Below are positions 11,877-25,967 of a stretch of DNA of 64,000 bases, piece by piece. Position 1 is the stretch's first letter. Each line of letters starts with the position of its first letter. The notes under the pieces are model-generated. The model searched no databases. It was given only the letters and a program-made list of their open reading frames with translations, and was not told where the DNA came from. Source of the DNA: Azolla caroliniana (lineage: Eukaryota; Plantae; Polypodiophyta); the NCBI GenBank assembly GCA_043228905.1, contig JBHGNT010000012.1, positions 15,500,001 to 15,564,000 of the forward strand, read 5' to 3'. The translations under genes and the position numbers were made by a program.

Positions 11877-14800
11877 CTATCCCCCCTTTAAAACGAGTGT
11901 CAGGAGCCGTTTTGGATTGAGAACCCGGTTTATCTGGATATTGACGATGGAAGTCTTCAAGAAGAGCATGAGCATTGGTCACATTCACTATTGGTTCCCA
12001 AGTACGCTCGCTGGGACTATATCCTAGCCAATCGACTAAATAGTAGAGCTTGTTGTGAATAATCTTGGAATCGAGGATGGTGGCAACCTCGTACTCAGGT
12101 CCATCTTCAAGTTCGATTAGGGGTGGAGGTTGTGGAATAAGTCCTAGGATGATGCTGTCTTGATAGAATTCGAGGAGAGAACTATGAAACACCGGATGTA
12201 TGCAAAGTTGCGGGGGTAGATCGAGACGAAAAGCGACATCATTAATCTTTCCAATAATACGGAATGGACTTAATCGCCGATAATCCAACTTCTCACATTG
12301 GCGAATAGTCTTAATGTGTCGTCGTAGTAGCCATACCCGATCTCCAATGTTAAAACTAGATGGAAGCCGATGACAATCTGCGTAAACCTTGTGTGTTTGT
12401 TGAGCTTGTTGTAGATGAGTAGATAAATCTGCTTGTATCTTGCGTAACCGCTCCAAATGATCCTCTATGCAAGGATTTGTGGGTAAATCTGGCTTTCAAA
12501 TACACACCACAGGGGGTGACAACCCGTATAAGCATAAAATGTTGTAACTTTAGTCGATGAGTGGACAAAGTTATTATAGGCAAATTCGGCGAAGTGGAGA
12601 ATATCTGCCTAGTCATCCTGATGATAGCTTAGAAAGCACCGAAGATACTGCTCCAGCATTTGATTTGTTTGTTCTGCTTGGCCATCGGTTTGCAGGTGGT
12701 AGTCAAAGGAGAGGTTACAAGTGACCTTGAGCATTTTAAAAAGGTGCTTCCAAAATTTCAAGACGAACTAGGGTCCATGGTGTCGTGTAGTTTTTCACAC
12801 ACAATATAAAAACTATGTAAAAAAATAATGAAATAATTATTTTTTATTAGATTAGTAGCTTGTTATAGAAATATGGATGTACTCAAGAGTTTCAAAACGC
12901 ATTTTACTACATACAAAATAGACAACTACATATCAAGTTAGGTGGACATGAAGCTTGAGAAGATAGGGAAAATAGAATTTTGAAGTATCCCACATAGAGA
13001 GGAAACTTAAGGCCTTGACTATATAAGCACATTCAGATCCCTCATTTTTCATTTGTGCTAAGAGCACTTTGACCACTTTGTCTAGATGGATGAATGTGGC
13101 CAAGTTCCCAAAAACCGACTGGCAATGAAATGGAACCGGTTGGTAATAAAATGGAACCAGAACCGGCCGAAAAGCAAACAGGAACCGGCCAGTAAGAAAA
13201 TCGGAACCTGTCGGTAAGCAATCTGAAACCGGCCGGTAAGCAAGCCGGAACCGGTCGGGAAGCAAACAGGAACCTACCGGTAAGCAAATTGGAACCGGCG
13301 AAATCGGCAATCGGATAGTGTCGGAAACCGGGCGGATCTGACAACCGGTGATCGGGTGGAACCGGCGACCGGACGAGGCTGGACGCGGACCGAACGGATT
13401 GGATGGGCGGCGATCGAGACGGACAGATGATAGGATCATGTGGCTAATTAAAGTAAAGTAAAGAAAACTAAAGTAAAGGTCATGTGGACGGTCGCATGCA
13501 ACTAAAATTAGATGCAACTAAAAGTAGAGGCCATGCGACTAAAAGTGGACATTCAAAGTAACATGGAAGGCTATGATCAACGGAGAACTCCATATAAAAT
13601 TCCATTTTTTTTCCTACACTCACTCTCTCTCCATATTATTTTCTTTTCCTTCTTAGCTCCCTTATCTTATGGAAGCCATAACTCTCATAAACCCTACATT
13701 TCCTTACGGAAGCCATAAACCCTAAATTTCCTTACGAAAGCCAAGATCCCTAAATTTCCTTACGAAAGCCATAAATACTAAATTTCCTTACGGAAGCCAT
13801 AATCCTTAATTTTCCCTACGGAAGCCATATCTCTCAAAATCTAAAATCTCTTATCAAAGCCAAAAACCCTAAATTTCTATTGAATCCATATTTAATTTCT
13901 TGTAATCTATTATTCTAGTAATCTCCATAAGCTAAACTTTTGTAATCCCAATCTTGGGATTGATTGTAATCTTTCTTTTCGTTTGTTAATGAAATTTGTC
14001 AATCTTTCTTATTTCTATTAATTGTTTAATATAAACATATGAATCTGATATCCTCCGGTCGGACGCCTCGGGATCCTGCCTTAAGTTCGCGTGTCCTCGT
14101 CGTATTTTTCACGACAACGGTCGCTGATGATATTATCGGGAAGGCCATGATGTCGACATACTTCACGCATGACAGTTTCGATAGTTTCTTCACTGGAGAT
14201 TTCCTTAGTACATGGTAGGAAATGAGCCATCTTCGTATATCGATCTACTAATGTTAAAATCGCATTGAATCCCTTAGAAACTAGAAGATCTGTGATGAAA
14301 TCTAGAGCAATGGATTGCCATGGCTGGCTTGGAATTGGTAATGATTCTAATAAACCATATGGATGATGCCTTGGCATTTTTACTCTGCAACATGTATCAC
14401 AAGTCTGAAAAAAATCTTCAATAAATTGTCGCATACAAGGCCACCAGAATGATCGTTGTACTAAATCTAATGTCTTAGTACTACCAAAATGCCTAGTTGT
14501 ATATGTGTCATGACAGTTTTGGACAACTCAAAGGAGACAAGAACCATTAGGAACATACAAGAGATTGTTAAAGAATAGTAATCCATCATGACATTCGAAT
14601 TGTCGATAGACGGTACCTAGTTGTTGCGATTGTGAACAAGATGCTCTAGAGGGATCAATTTGTGCTTGAATGGCTTGGATGAAAGTATATGTCTTCAAGT
14701 CCTCACATATGGTATAAAAAACGTGGGAATCCAAGGGCATGCCGAAGACCTGTGTTGCTTGCAGTCATGCCCGTCCCAAGATTACTTGCTTTTGGTTATC

Positions 14801-17800
14801 GAAAGTTGGCTCACCGGGACAGAGTGCTAGATACGAACGCCGTGATAATGCTTCTGCCTTCCCTTGGTGCTTCCCCGAACTATATGTAATTTTGAAGTCG
14901 AAACGCGTGAGGAATTGGGCCCACCGAGCTTGACGTCGATTTAACACACGAGCACTCTGAAAGTAGGCAAGGTTTTTGTGATCACTAAATACAGTGACTT
15001 GATGAGAGCATCCCTCTAGAAAATGCCTCCATTGCATAAAAGAGTCCACTATTGCTGATAACTCCTTATCATGAATTTCATAGTGGATTTCGGCGACGTC
15101 AAACTTGCGTGAGTGGAAAGCCACAAGATGTAGCTTTTCATCATTACCATGTTGTGACAGAATGCTACCCAACGCGAAATCCGACGCGTCCACTTCCATG
15201 ATGAATGGTTTTTCCAGATCAACGTGATCTAGAATAGGAGCCGATGTAAATGCCTTCTTAAGATTCTCAAAAGCCATGTCCGCTTCTTCAGACCAAACGA
15301 ACGATTGTCCCTTCTTAGTAAGTTGTGTGAGAGGCAAAACAAACTTTGAGTAATCCTATATAAAGTTGCAGTAGAAATTGGCAAAGCCTAAAAAGCATTG
15401 CACATCTCACAACAAATGCGGAGTTTGCCACTCTACCACCGTTTTGACCTTAGCTGGATCCATGGAGATGCCTTCCGAGGAGATGACATAGCCCAGAAAT
15501 TCCACTTGGTTGCACCCAAAACTACATTTTTCCAGCATTGCATAAAGTCGTGTTCTCGAAGTTGTTTTCGTACTAACAGTACATTAGAATCATGTTCTTC
15601 TTGGGTCTTCAAATAGACTAGTAGATCATCCAAATAGATGATCAAACAAACATCAAAGAGATATCGGAATATACCATTTGCCATGTGCTGGAAGACTGTT
15701 GGTGCATTAGTGAGGCCGAACGGCATGACCGTATACTCGAAGTACCTATATCTGGTGCGAAACGCAGTCTTCCATTCATCTCCTAGTCGGATCTGTATGA
15801 GGTTATATGCTCCCCGTAAGTCGATCTTCGTGAAGAACCTTGCACCATTGATCCATTCTAAAGTACTTGAGATAAGGGGAAGTGCATACCTATTTCTAAT
15901 GGTAACCTTATTCAAGCCACGGTAATCTACAACGAGACGAAGTGATCCATCCTTTTTCTTGACGAAGAAAATGGGTGCGCGGGCTGGAGATTTTGAATGC
16001 CGAATGAAACCATTTTCCAAATTCTCCTCTATATAGGCTCGACGGACTTCTAGTTGGTTGCTGACAAATTGTAGATCAGTCCCCATGGTGGCTCTTTTCC
16101 CGCTTGTAAATCGATGGGGCAATCATACGGTCGATGGTGAGGAAGCATATTGGCTTGTACTTTATCGAACACATCGGCATAATGATGATACTTCTTTGGA
16201 AGTTGAGCATTGGACTCCTCTTTAGTGGTGTCGGAGGGTTTTACTTATATTGCGAAGAGAAACATTTCTTCCTTGCGTCCTTCCCGCAACTAATGTAGCG
16301 AAATGGTTGCAATCTTATGAGTAGATCCTCGAGCTTGTTGATACCGAATTTCTCTTGTTCTCCAATCTATGTCTGGGTTATGTAATGCGAACCATGGTAA
16401 TTCTAAAACAATGGGATGTTCTGGGATACTAATTATATTAAATGATACTACACACGCTAGATTATCTAGGACAATATTAACAGGCTCTAACTCTTCTATG
16501 ATATTTCCGGAAGCAATAGGACGACCATCAATGACTACTACAAAGGCTGGACATGGTAGTTTTCTGAGAGATATATGATGAGCTTGGGCAAAATTCCTAT
16601 CCATGAAGCAAGAATTAGCTCCGGAATCTAGAAGTGCTAAGACATGTATTGGAGGGGTACTTTTAGTACTAACTATTACTTGGGCTACGAACACATTTCT
16701 AACTTGTTTAGAGGGAATGGAACCACTAATGGGCTGCACAGATCTAGGGATGTCCAACCAAACGGCTCCTATTTTGGCTAGACTTAGTCATTTAACTCTT
16801 CTTCTAACTGACTAAGGACATCAAATTTGTTCGCTAGATTTGGGCTATTAATACTATTAGGACTATCAGATATTCCTATTGAAATATACTCAGGTTTAAT
16901 ACAATTAGGACTAGCAACTATTTGGTTTACCTGTATCCTTGGCCTATGGGGAGGATTTACTGCAATATGTCCTGGTCCACCGCAATAAAGATATAGTCGA
17001 TTTGCTCGGCGTCGCTGCTTTTCTTCTTCCGATAATGGTCCGCGACGAAGTGTAGTGTCAATCTCCATTGGAGTTGGAATATTCACTAGAGACGCATTAT
17101 ATGACTCCATTGGAAAAGGTTTCGCTACCACTGAGGCATAGGTGGGCTCTAATCTTGCCCTCGACATTTGGAATTGCCGTTTCGAACGTCGTTTGAAAAG
17201 GTGGTTGTCGCATCTCACCGTGCGACTGATTGCTTCTGTTAATGACTTTGGTTATTCGGGGAAGATCAAGAGTATATCCTCGACACTGTTGCATAAACCA
17301 TAACAAAATTGCTCCATCAATGCTTGATCAGCCCAAGGGATATCAACGGCAAGTAGGCGGAAATCTGCAACCTATGCGGAGGCTAGACGATCACCTTGGC
17401 ATAATCGCCGGATTTTGTTGATTGTTGTCCTTATGTTGTTAGTATCTCCAAAGCAGGCTTTAAACTCACTTATAAATTCTTCAAATTTGTTTAGTAATGG
17501 AGATTCCTTTTCTAACAACAGAGCGAACCATGCCAATCCTGAGCCACTAAGTAGAGTGCCTACTAGTCCCACTCATGATGCATTGGTGGGATATCGAGAA
17601 GGATGCATTTGAATCACTTAACGTACCTGATTTAGAAAACCTCTAAACTTCGATCGGGTCCCATCAAATTTTGCAAGAAGACCGATCTTGGGTTCTTTGT
17701 GAATCCCTTGAGTGCTTGATCCTTGTTGTTGTAGTGATACAATAGTTGCTTCAAGTTGTTGTACACGTAAAGTCAGCTCCCCATGTTGTTGTTGTTTTTC

Positions 17801-17926
17801 CAGCGCTATTTGTTGAAGATCCCCCAACAAACGGTGATTTTCTTGTTTTAGTGCTACAAATTTCTCTTTTAAGCTCTGGAGCTCCGAGAAAACAAATTGG
17901 TATTCCTGAGCACTAACAGTTTCCAC
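11877..17926 (-). pseudogene. Disrupted gag-PR-RT-RH-IN-chromodomain
   Basis: gag KFDGTRSKFRGF, PR LLDSGANSCF, RT YLDDLLVY, RH VDASDFALG, IN IALDFITDL, chromodomain YEVATILDS...YLVDWLGYSPSERTWEP; many stops and frameshifts. Confidence 0.92.
12781..14116 (+). mobile_element. Solo LTR, TGTCGTG...CACGACA family, inserted in integrase
   Basis: 4-bp TSD ATGG/ACGG (12777-12780, 14117-14120); removal restores integrase SDRGP; internal GGAACCGG repeats and ~31-bp tandem repeat at 13670-13870. Confidence 0.88.
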
Positions 17927-18477
17927 TTTACTAGGGAGGATAAGAGGATTAGTATGAAGGGAAAAAAGGGGTAAGAAGATGAGGGAAACCGGAAAGAAGA
18001 CCGCAAAAAAGGGGATATGTAAGAAGATAAATGGAAGAGGAGGAAAGGAGGAGACGGAAGGAGGAAAATTAGTTCAAACTATAAGGAATAGTACTGAGAT
18101 GGAGAAGAAATCAGTACTAAGAGGAATAGAGGGTGTAGAACACTTGAGAGACGGAGAGAGAGAGAGAGAGAGAGAATGATGATGACAATGATATATTATG
18201 TGAGAAGAATATACAAGGAAGGGTAGGAGGCTTAAGATTGGCATTGAACCGATTTGGTTCGAAATAATGCCTTGTGCCTCCTTTTATAATGTTCTCAAGA
18301 GTAGTCCTGAAGCTTATAGAATGTTCTAGAGAAATCTGGAATATACATTAATTTTCTATAGTAAAACTTAAATAAAGATAATATCTTACTAATTACAATA
18401 GATAGTGTAATGGTCAAGAGCTCGACCCATGTAACATAAGGTCATGGATTTGAGTCTTGCCATATCATGACACTAGT

Positions 18478-19062
18478 AACTCCTTGTCATGCACGTCGTA
18501 GTTGATCTCCGAAACAGTAAATTTTCTAGAGTGAAATGCGATTAGATGGGACTGCCCATCCCCGCTTGGTTGGGATAGGATACTACCCAACGCAAATTCT
18601 AATGCATCCACCTCAATGCTAAATGGATTTTTAGGATCAATGTGATCCAAGATAGGAGCTGATGTGAATGCCTCTTTTAGTTGAGTAAAGGCTTTGTCTG
18701 CTTCAATAGTCCAAACAAAGGCTTGATTTTTCTTGGTGTGTTGGGTGAGAAGCAACACAATCTTTGAATAATTCCATATAAATTTGCGATAGAAGTTGGA
18801 AAAACCAAGGAAATGCTAAACATCTTAGACAAAACGTGGGGGTTGCCATTCCAATATTGTTTGGACTTTTGCAGGATCCATGAGGATACCCTTGGAAGAA
18901 ATTGTATAACCCAAGAATTCAACTTGGTTGTAGTCAAAACTACACTTCAAAAGTTTAACATATTGACAGTACTTTCGTAAATGTTCAAGTACTTTCCGCA
19001 CATTTATATCATGCTCCTCCTGTGTTTTAGAGTAAATCAACAGATCATTTAAATAGATGATG
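18478..19062 (-). pseudogene. Tcn1-like RT/RNase H fragment (host of 11546-18472)
   Basis: IIYLNDLLIYSKT, VDALEFALGSIL, EINYDVHDKELL, continuing at 11540 across the TSD. Confidence 0.85.
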
Positions 19063-22000
19063 AGAAAGATGGTATTAGAGCGTGAGGGTTGAGAATCCTT
19101 TGATGCCGGCAAGCGACTTGTCAAAGACAAACCCTATCACCCGGTAAAGAACAGGAAGGAAATAATGGACAGAGGAATGGATAGCTCGCTCCCGACGGAG
19201 AAGGTCGACAGAACCAACTACACATCTTGGTCGTAAAAGATTCACCAGTACCTACTCGAGCATGGCTACTAGAGTTATGTCGACGAAGATAACGATGCAA
19301 CACACAAGGACTTTCCGGCTTTGGAACAAGCGGCAAGTAAGGTAATGTACTGCTTCATGGCTAGTGTTAGTGACCAGCTACTCAGCCATATCCAGGATGC
19401 CAAGATGCCAAAGGAAGCGTGGATGAACCTGAAAATGGTTTTCGCTGCAAGCACCACGGCCCGGAAGCTGCAACTCTAGACTGGAGTTGAGCAATGTCCG
19501 GCAAAAAGGCAAGTTGGTGGCCCTCTACACAACCTGGATCAAGGAGATCTGTGACTCTGTTGCCTCCATCAACGTGATCGTCAAGGAGGATGAAATGGTG
19601 TAGGTCTGCCTCGGGTGGTTGGTGTCGACGTTCGGAGCATTCCAAATGACGGTATGCACGAGGGAGAATATCTCTTTGTTTTTTGACTTACAGACGACGC
19701 TCCTTGTAGAGGAGAACCATGCGGGTACGTGGACGAGTACGCACGCCGACAGGAAGATGTTGTACATGAAAGAAGGTAGGCCCCGTGGTCATGGAGGACG
19801 AGGCGGGTCAGCACACAATGGAGGTAGCTAATAGGAGCAAAACCGAAGGCATAATCGAAATGGTGATAGGAATTCCAGACCCTCCGGAAATAGGGGGATT
19901 CAAAGTGGCGTCGAAAACTGGCAAGGAAAGGCTCACACGGAATGCTGGTACTGTGGCCGGAAGGGCCATAGAGAAAGCGAGTGCTAGAAGAAAAGGGATG
20001 ATTCAGACAAAGTTGGATCAAGCCGGAGAGACGCAGATACACGTCACCAATCGCACTTCGTTGAAGGCTCAAAAGGAGCTAGATCAGGATTTACCCTCGT
20101 AATGAAGCATGAGGCCAACCGGATGGGAGTATCCACCTCGAAGTCGGAAGAGGCATGCTATGTGGACTCTGGCACTTCCAATTACATGACGAACCACAAA
20201 GAGTGGTTCACCTTTCTTGAGAAGCCGGAGAAGCCGGGGGTGGTCGAAACTGGAGACAACACCCCACATCCCATCGAGCACATTGGAGATGTCCCTCTGA
20301 GCCATGTCGGTCAGAGACGAATTATGAGGAACATCTTGCATGTTCTGACGATCACCAAGAACCTAGTGTCAGTCGGCCAGATAATGGATCAAGGAATGCA
20401 GGTCTTGTTCACTCATCACAGATGCTTCATTCAGGAGGAAGGAGAATAATTGCTCAAGGGTGTCGGGATGGAAGAATGTTCATCCTCAAAACCAATGATA
20501 TTGTCACCGCTATGTTCGTGAAAGGGCAAAAGGTCGAGTCAGACATCGACCTATGGCATAAACGGATTGCCACATCAACTTTCGGAAGCTTTAGGAGATG
20601 CAATCGAAACATCTAGTTTCCGGACTGCCAAAGTTCAATGGCCAAAAAGGCTAGATCTGTGAAACTTACTAGCTTGGGAAGTAGCATAGGCTTCAGTTCC
20701 CGAATGAGAAGAATTGGGGCCGGAACCAGCTCGATCTCATCCATTCGGATGTGTGGGGACCGGCACAAAATGTGAGTATTGGTGCGAGTCAATATTTAGT
20801 CTCCTTCGGCACAAAAGGCCAAATCTGTGAAACTTACTAGCTTGGGAAGTAGTTTAGTCTTCAGTTCCCGAATGAGAAGAATTGGAGCCAGAACCAGCTC
20901 GATCTCATCCATTCGGATGTGTGGGGACCGGCACAAAATGTGAGTATTGGTGGGAGTCAATATTTAGTCTCCTTCATCGACGATTTCAGGCAACACACTT
21001 GGATCTATTTGATCGAGAAGAAGAGCGAAGTCTTCTCGCGCTTTGGGGACTTAAAGAATCATGTAGAACAAGAAACCGGAAGGAAGATCAAGTGTTTGAG
21101 ATTGGATGGCGAAAAATAGTATTTTTCCAGCCATTTCACAAGTTATCTACAGACCAAGGGAATCTGATGTGAATTCTCCTATAGATACACGCCAAAGCAA
21201 AACTGTGTGGCCAAATGTCAGAATCAGAAGTTAATAGAAGCGGCAAGGGCAATGCTAGAGGAGAAGAGTATGCCCCAGATTTATTGGGCCAAAGCAATTC
21301 GGACAGCCCTCTACATACAGAATTGGATATCTTCCTCAAGGACAAAGGTGTCGCCGCACAAAATGTATTTCGCGCGGAAGCCGAATTTGGCACACCTTCG
21401 GGTATTCAGCAACATTGCATATGTGCATGTGCAGGATGAGAAGCGGAAGAAGCTAGATGCCAAGGCTAAGAAGTGTATCTTGGTTCGCTACTCCGACGAG
21501 TAGAAGGGGTACAAGTGTTACAACCCCCGGGCGAAGCAAGTCTGAGTTAGTCGTGATGTCACTTTCGACGAATCAGCATCCATGTACATCGCACCACCTG
21601 AACCCCAGCCAATTGTTGCGGATGAGGCAACCAACTCTGGAATAGAGGGAAGCGTTGCAGAATCTGAACTACCATATAGTCCGACTTCCCTCTGGATCAA
21701 TGGACCGAATCTAGATTGGTTGAGCCGGAGCGGACAACGGGATGACGAACTAGCAAGTAGTGGAGACTCGGCCATGATCTCCCCACGCAAGGAACTGAGG
21801 AGACGGTTCACACGTAAAGAGAAGGGGAAGAAGAAGATGCCAAAGTATGGCACGGAAAAGGACGAGTCGGATCGGAGTGAATCTAACTCCGGAAAGGAAG
21901 AAGACGTGCCTCTTGAGAGGAGGTTAGAGTCGTCCAAGAGGGCATGAAATCAACAGAGAAAAAATTGTCCCTATCTACCCACCAAAAGCTCCCCGTAGTT

Positions 22001-23391
22001 TGATACGGATACAATGAATACATGGCGCATCACTTTGCATACATGATAAAGGTGGCAGAAGTGTGTTAGCCAGAGAGCTATGCAGAAGCGGCAAAGAATG
22101 CAAATTGGCATGCTGCTATGGAGGAAGAGATGCAAGCTCTCACGACGAACGACATATGGGACCTAGTTGATGTTCAAAAGGGAGTGAAGTCGATCGGATG
22201 CAAGTGGGTCTACAAGGTGAAGTACAACACCGTTGGTTCCGTCTACCGGTACAAGGCCCAATTAGTGGCAAATGACTATGTGCATTAACACGGCATCGAC
22301 TACAGTTGCAAAGATGACGATCGTCTATCTCCTGCTTGCGGTAGCCGCAACAAAGGGGTGGCACTTACATAAAATGAATGTAAAGAATGTGTTCTTGCAA
22401 GGTGAGCTTGAGGAATAGGTGTACATGGTACATCCCCCTGGATTTCAGTCCGGAATGAACATGTCGGTTGTTTGCCGACTGAAGACATCCCTCTATAAAC
22501 TAAAGCAAGCCTTGCGTGTCGGGAACACGAAAATCACGCAGCGACTACGTCAGATGGGGTTTACCACGTCGAAGTTAGAATCCTCACTATTCATTCTGCA
22601 AGGTCCAAACGAGCTGGTTAGTATTTTACTTTATGTTGATGATTTAGTCATCACCAGTGCCGATCAAGGGGAATCAGTCATGTCAAGTCCCAACTAGCGG
22701 CATCATTCAACATGAAGGATCTAGAGGACCTTCATTACTTCCTCGAGATCTAAGTGAGCTGCACCCTTGAAGGCATACTGATCAGCCAACAACATTATTT
22801 GTTGAGATACGCTCTTCAAGTTCAGGATGACAGAGTGCAAGTCAGTCTCAACTCCTTTAGATAGGAATGTGAAGCTTCACCCTGAATCTTGAATGGCATG
22901 CGATCCAAAATGTGTCATCATATAGCATGGTATGGATTCAAAAGGATTTGAACCCATGATCTTGTGTCACATTAGTTGAAGCCTTACCATTAAGTTATAC
23001 ATTGTAATACAATATTTTTATTTATTATTTCACTTAGGAAATCCACGTATATTCTAGATTTCTCTAGAACATTCTAGAAATGTCAAAAGTATTCCTAAGC
23101 CACTATAAAAAGAGGCACATGGCATTATTGAGAACCAAATTGGTTCAATGCCAGTCTTAAGCCTCCTAGCAATCTTTTTTTAGCATCGTTCTCTCTCTCT
23201 CTCCCTCTCATGAACGGGTAAATGTCCCCTCTTTTGTTGTAAACCATTTGTCTCATGGGCCAATCTTTGCCTTAGAAGACGTTAATATATCTTTCTTTCT
23301 TTCTTTTCTTTCTCTCTCTACACCCCTCTTAGTACTAATTCTCATCTTTTAGTACTAATTCCCTCTCTGTCTTAGTACTATTCCTGACAGT

Positions 23392-23403
23392 TTGAACCGA
23401 TTT
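23392..23403 (+). promoter_or_regulatory. Putative self-priming PBS
   Basis: TTGAACCGATTT, 2 nt after LTR end, complementary to AAATTGGTTCAA (23137-23148, one G-U pair) ~33 nt downstream of TATAAAA. Confidence 0.7.
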
Positions 23404-24123
23404 TGTCCTTCCTTCTATCTTCTTACTTATCCCGCCTTGCTCTAATACTATGGCAACTGTTACTGCTCAAGAATATCAATCCGTTTTCCCAGAGTTACAA
23501 TGTTTGAAAGAGAAGTTTCTCACATTGGAACAAGAAAATCAACGGTTGTTGGGGGATCTTCAACAAATCTCCTTAGAAAAGCAACAAACGTAACAACATG
23601 GGGAACTAGTGTTACACGTGCAACAACTTGAAGCAACCATTGTAGCGTTGCAACAACAAGGACCAAGTACGCATGGGGTTCATAAAGAACCCAAGATCGG
23701 CCTTCCTATGAAATTTGATGGAACGCGATCATGGTTCAAAGGATTCCTTAATCAGGTACGATTAGTCATTCAAATGCATCTTTCCCGATATCCCACTGAT
23801 GCATCACAAATGGGTCTAGTAGGCACATTGCTAAGTGGCTCAACTTTGGCATGGTTTGCTTCATTGTTAGAAAAGGAATCTCCATTACTAAATATTTTTT
23901 AGGAGTTTATAAGCAAGTTTAAAATGATATATTCCAAGATCTCTTGGATATTTGTTTGATCATCTATTTGGATGATCTACTTGTTTATTCGAAGACTCAA
24001 GAAGAACATGATTCTCATGTACTATTAGTACTAAAACAACTTCGAGAACATGGTCTTTATGCAAAACTAGAAAAATGTACTTTCGAGTGCAACCAGGTGG
24101 AATTTCTAGACTATGTCATTTCC

Positions 24124-24814
24124 TGACAGGAATGCACGCTCCCTTTCCACACTTCTCGGCCACAACCGAGTCTAAAATCGAACACAGAAAACTGATAATG
24201 AAACGCACGACACAAAGGAGAGAAGAGTACACAGGATGTTTAACGTGGAAAACCTTGAGAGGGAAAAACCATGGGAGTCCACAGACTCCAAACTATCACT
24301 ATATCACAATGATTACAACAGTGAGCTCACGGAGTCAACGACCTCGTGCTCACGATCTTCGCCACAGACGGCAGTTACAACAGAGGCAACGACCTCTTCC
24401 TCTCTCTCTCTCTCTGTACACTGTTACGCGCTCTCTAGTCTTGCACCAACAAGAATGACAACCCATAATTAGTTTGCCCTAAGTCATATTTATACTAATA
24501 TGAATTTTCGGCTATTTACAAATATAGCCCCTTGATGGACTCTCAGAAACATATTTACGAATATGTCCCTTCATCCGGTGAGCACTCCTCACCAAGCCTG
24601 CATCATCCGGTTCTTGTCGGGCACTCATCATCCGACTCTCGCCGGGTCTTCCGTTGCCGGGTACTTGTCATCCGGCGCTTGCCGGGTCTTCCGTAGCCGA
24701 GTACTTGTCATCCGGCGCTTGCCGAGTACACCACATCCGGTTTCAGCCTCGGCCGAGTTTGCTCATCAGTACTGTTCTTCTCATTTCCCATCTGGAGGGA
24801 CCTATTTCCTAACA
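24124..24814 (-). mobile_element. Solo LTR of Tork-like Copia
   Basis: TG...CA ends, TSD TTTCC (24119-24123, 24815-24819), similar to LTRs 5081-5689 and 61571-62300. Confidence 0.92.
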
Positions 24815-25913
24815 TTTCCTTGGAAGGCATCTCTATGGATCTAGCTAAGGTCAAAACGATGGTAAAGTAGCAGAGTCCACGTTCGTTGCGAGATGTGTAA
24901 TGTATTTTGGGCTTCGCTAATTTCTATTGCAAGTTTATATAGGATTACTCAAAGCTTATTCTACCTCTCACATAATTTACCAAGAAGGGACAGTCGTTTG
25001 TTTGGTCTAAAGAAGTGGACACGGCTTTAAAATGCTCAAGGTCACTTGTAACATCTCCTCCGACTACCACCCACAAACAGATGGACAAGCAAACCGAACA
25101 AATCAAACGTTGGAACAGTATCTTCGGTGTTTTCTAAGCTATCAACAAGATGACTAGGCACTTTGCCAGTTTTGCATATAATAACTCTGTCCAGTCATCT
25201 ACTAGGGTTACACCATTTTATGCTTATACAGGCTATCATCCTCGGTGGTGTGTATTCGAGACTCCGTAGTTACCGAAAAGTCCTTGTGCAGAGGATCATT
25301 TGGAACGGCTACACCAGATACATGCAAACTTATCTACTCATTTACAACAAGCTCAACAAACATAGAAGGATTATGCGGATCGTCATTGGCTTCCATTCAG
25401 TTTTAACATTGGAGATTGGGTATGGTTATTATGACGACATATGAAGACTACTCGCCCATGTGATAAATTGGACTATCAACGATTAAGTCCTTTCCGTATT
25501 ATCAGAAAAATTAATGATGTCACTTTTCGTCTCGATTTACCTCTACAACTACGGATACATCCGGTTTTTCATAGTGCTCTTCTCAAACCATATTAGGACA
25601 ACCCTATTCCGAATCGTATTACACCACCTCCACCCCCGATCGAGCTTGAAGCAGGACCAGAATACGAAGTAGCTGCCATCCTCAATTCAAAGATTGTTTG
25701 CAACAAGGTCTACTATTTGGTCGATTGGCTAGGCTATAGTCCAAGGGAGCATACTTGGGAACCAATTGAGAATGTGGTAAATGCTCGAGCTCTTGTTGAC
25801 AACTTTCATCGGCAATATCCCGACAAGCCAAGTCCTCCATCTAAAACAACTCGTAACACTCGTCATCTTAACGGGGGGGTAATGTCATGATATAGCATGG
25901 TATGGCTTCAAAA

Positions 25914-25967
25914 GAATTTGAACCCATGACCTTGTGTCACATGGGTTGAAGCCTTACCATTAAGCTA
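25914..25967 (-). promoter_or_regulatory. tRNA-like A/B-box module in LTR U3 (second copy ~22944-22997)
   Basis: Minus strand TAGCTTAATGG ... GGTTCAAATTC, 43-nt offset. Confidence 0.6.

Larger units (their letters stand above)
11546..18472 (-). mobile_element. Full-length degenerate Tcn1-like chromovirus
   Basis: LTRs 11546-11876 and ~18080-18472; TSD CTAGT (11541-11545, 18473-18477); PPT 11877-11889. Confidence 0.92.
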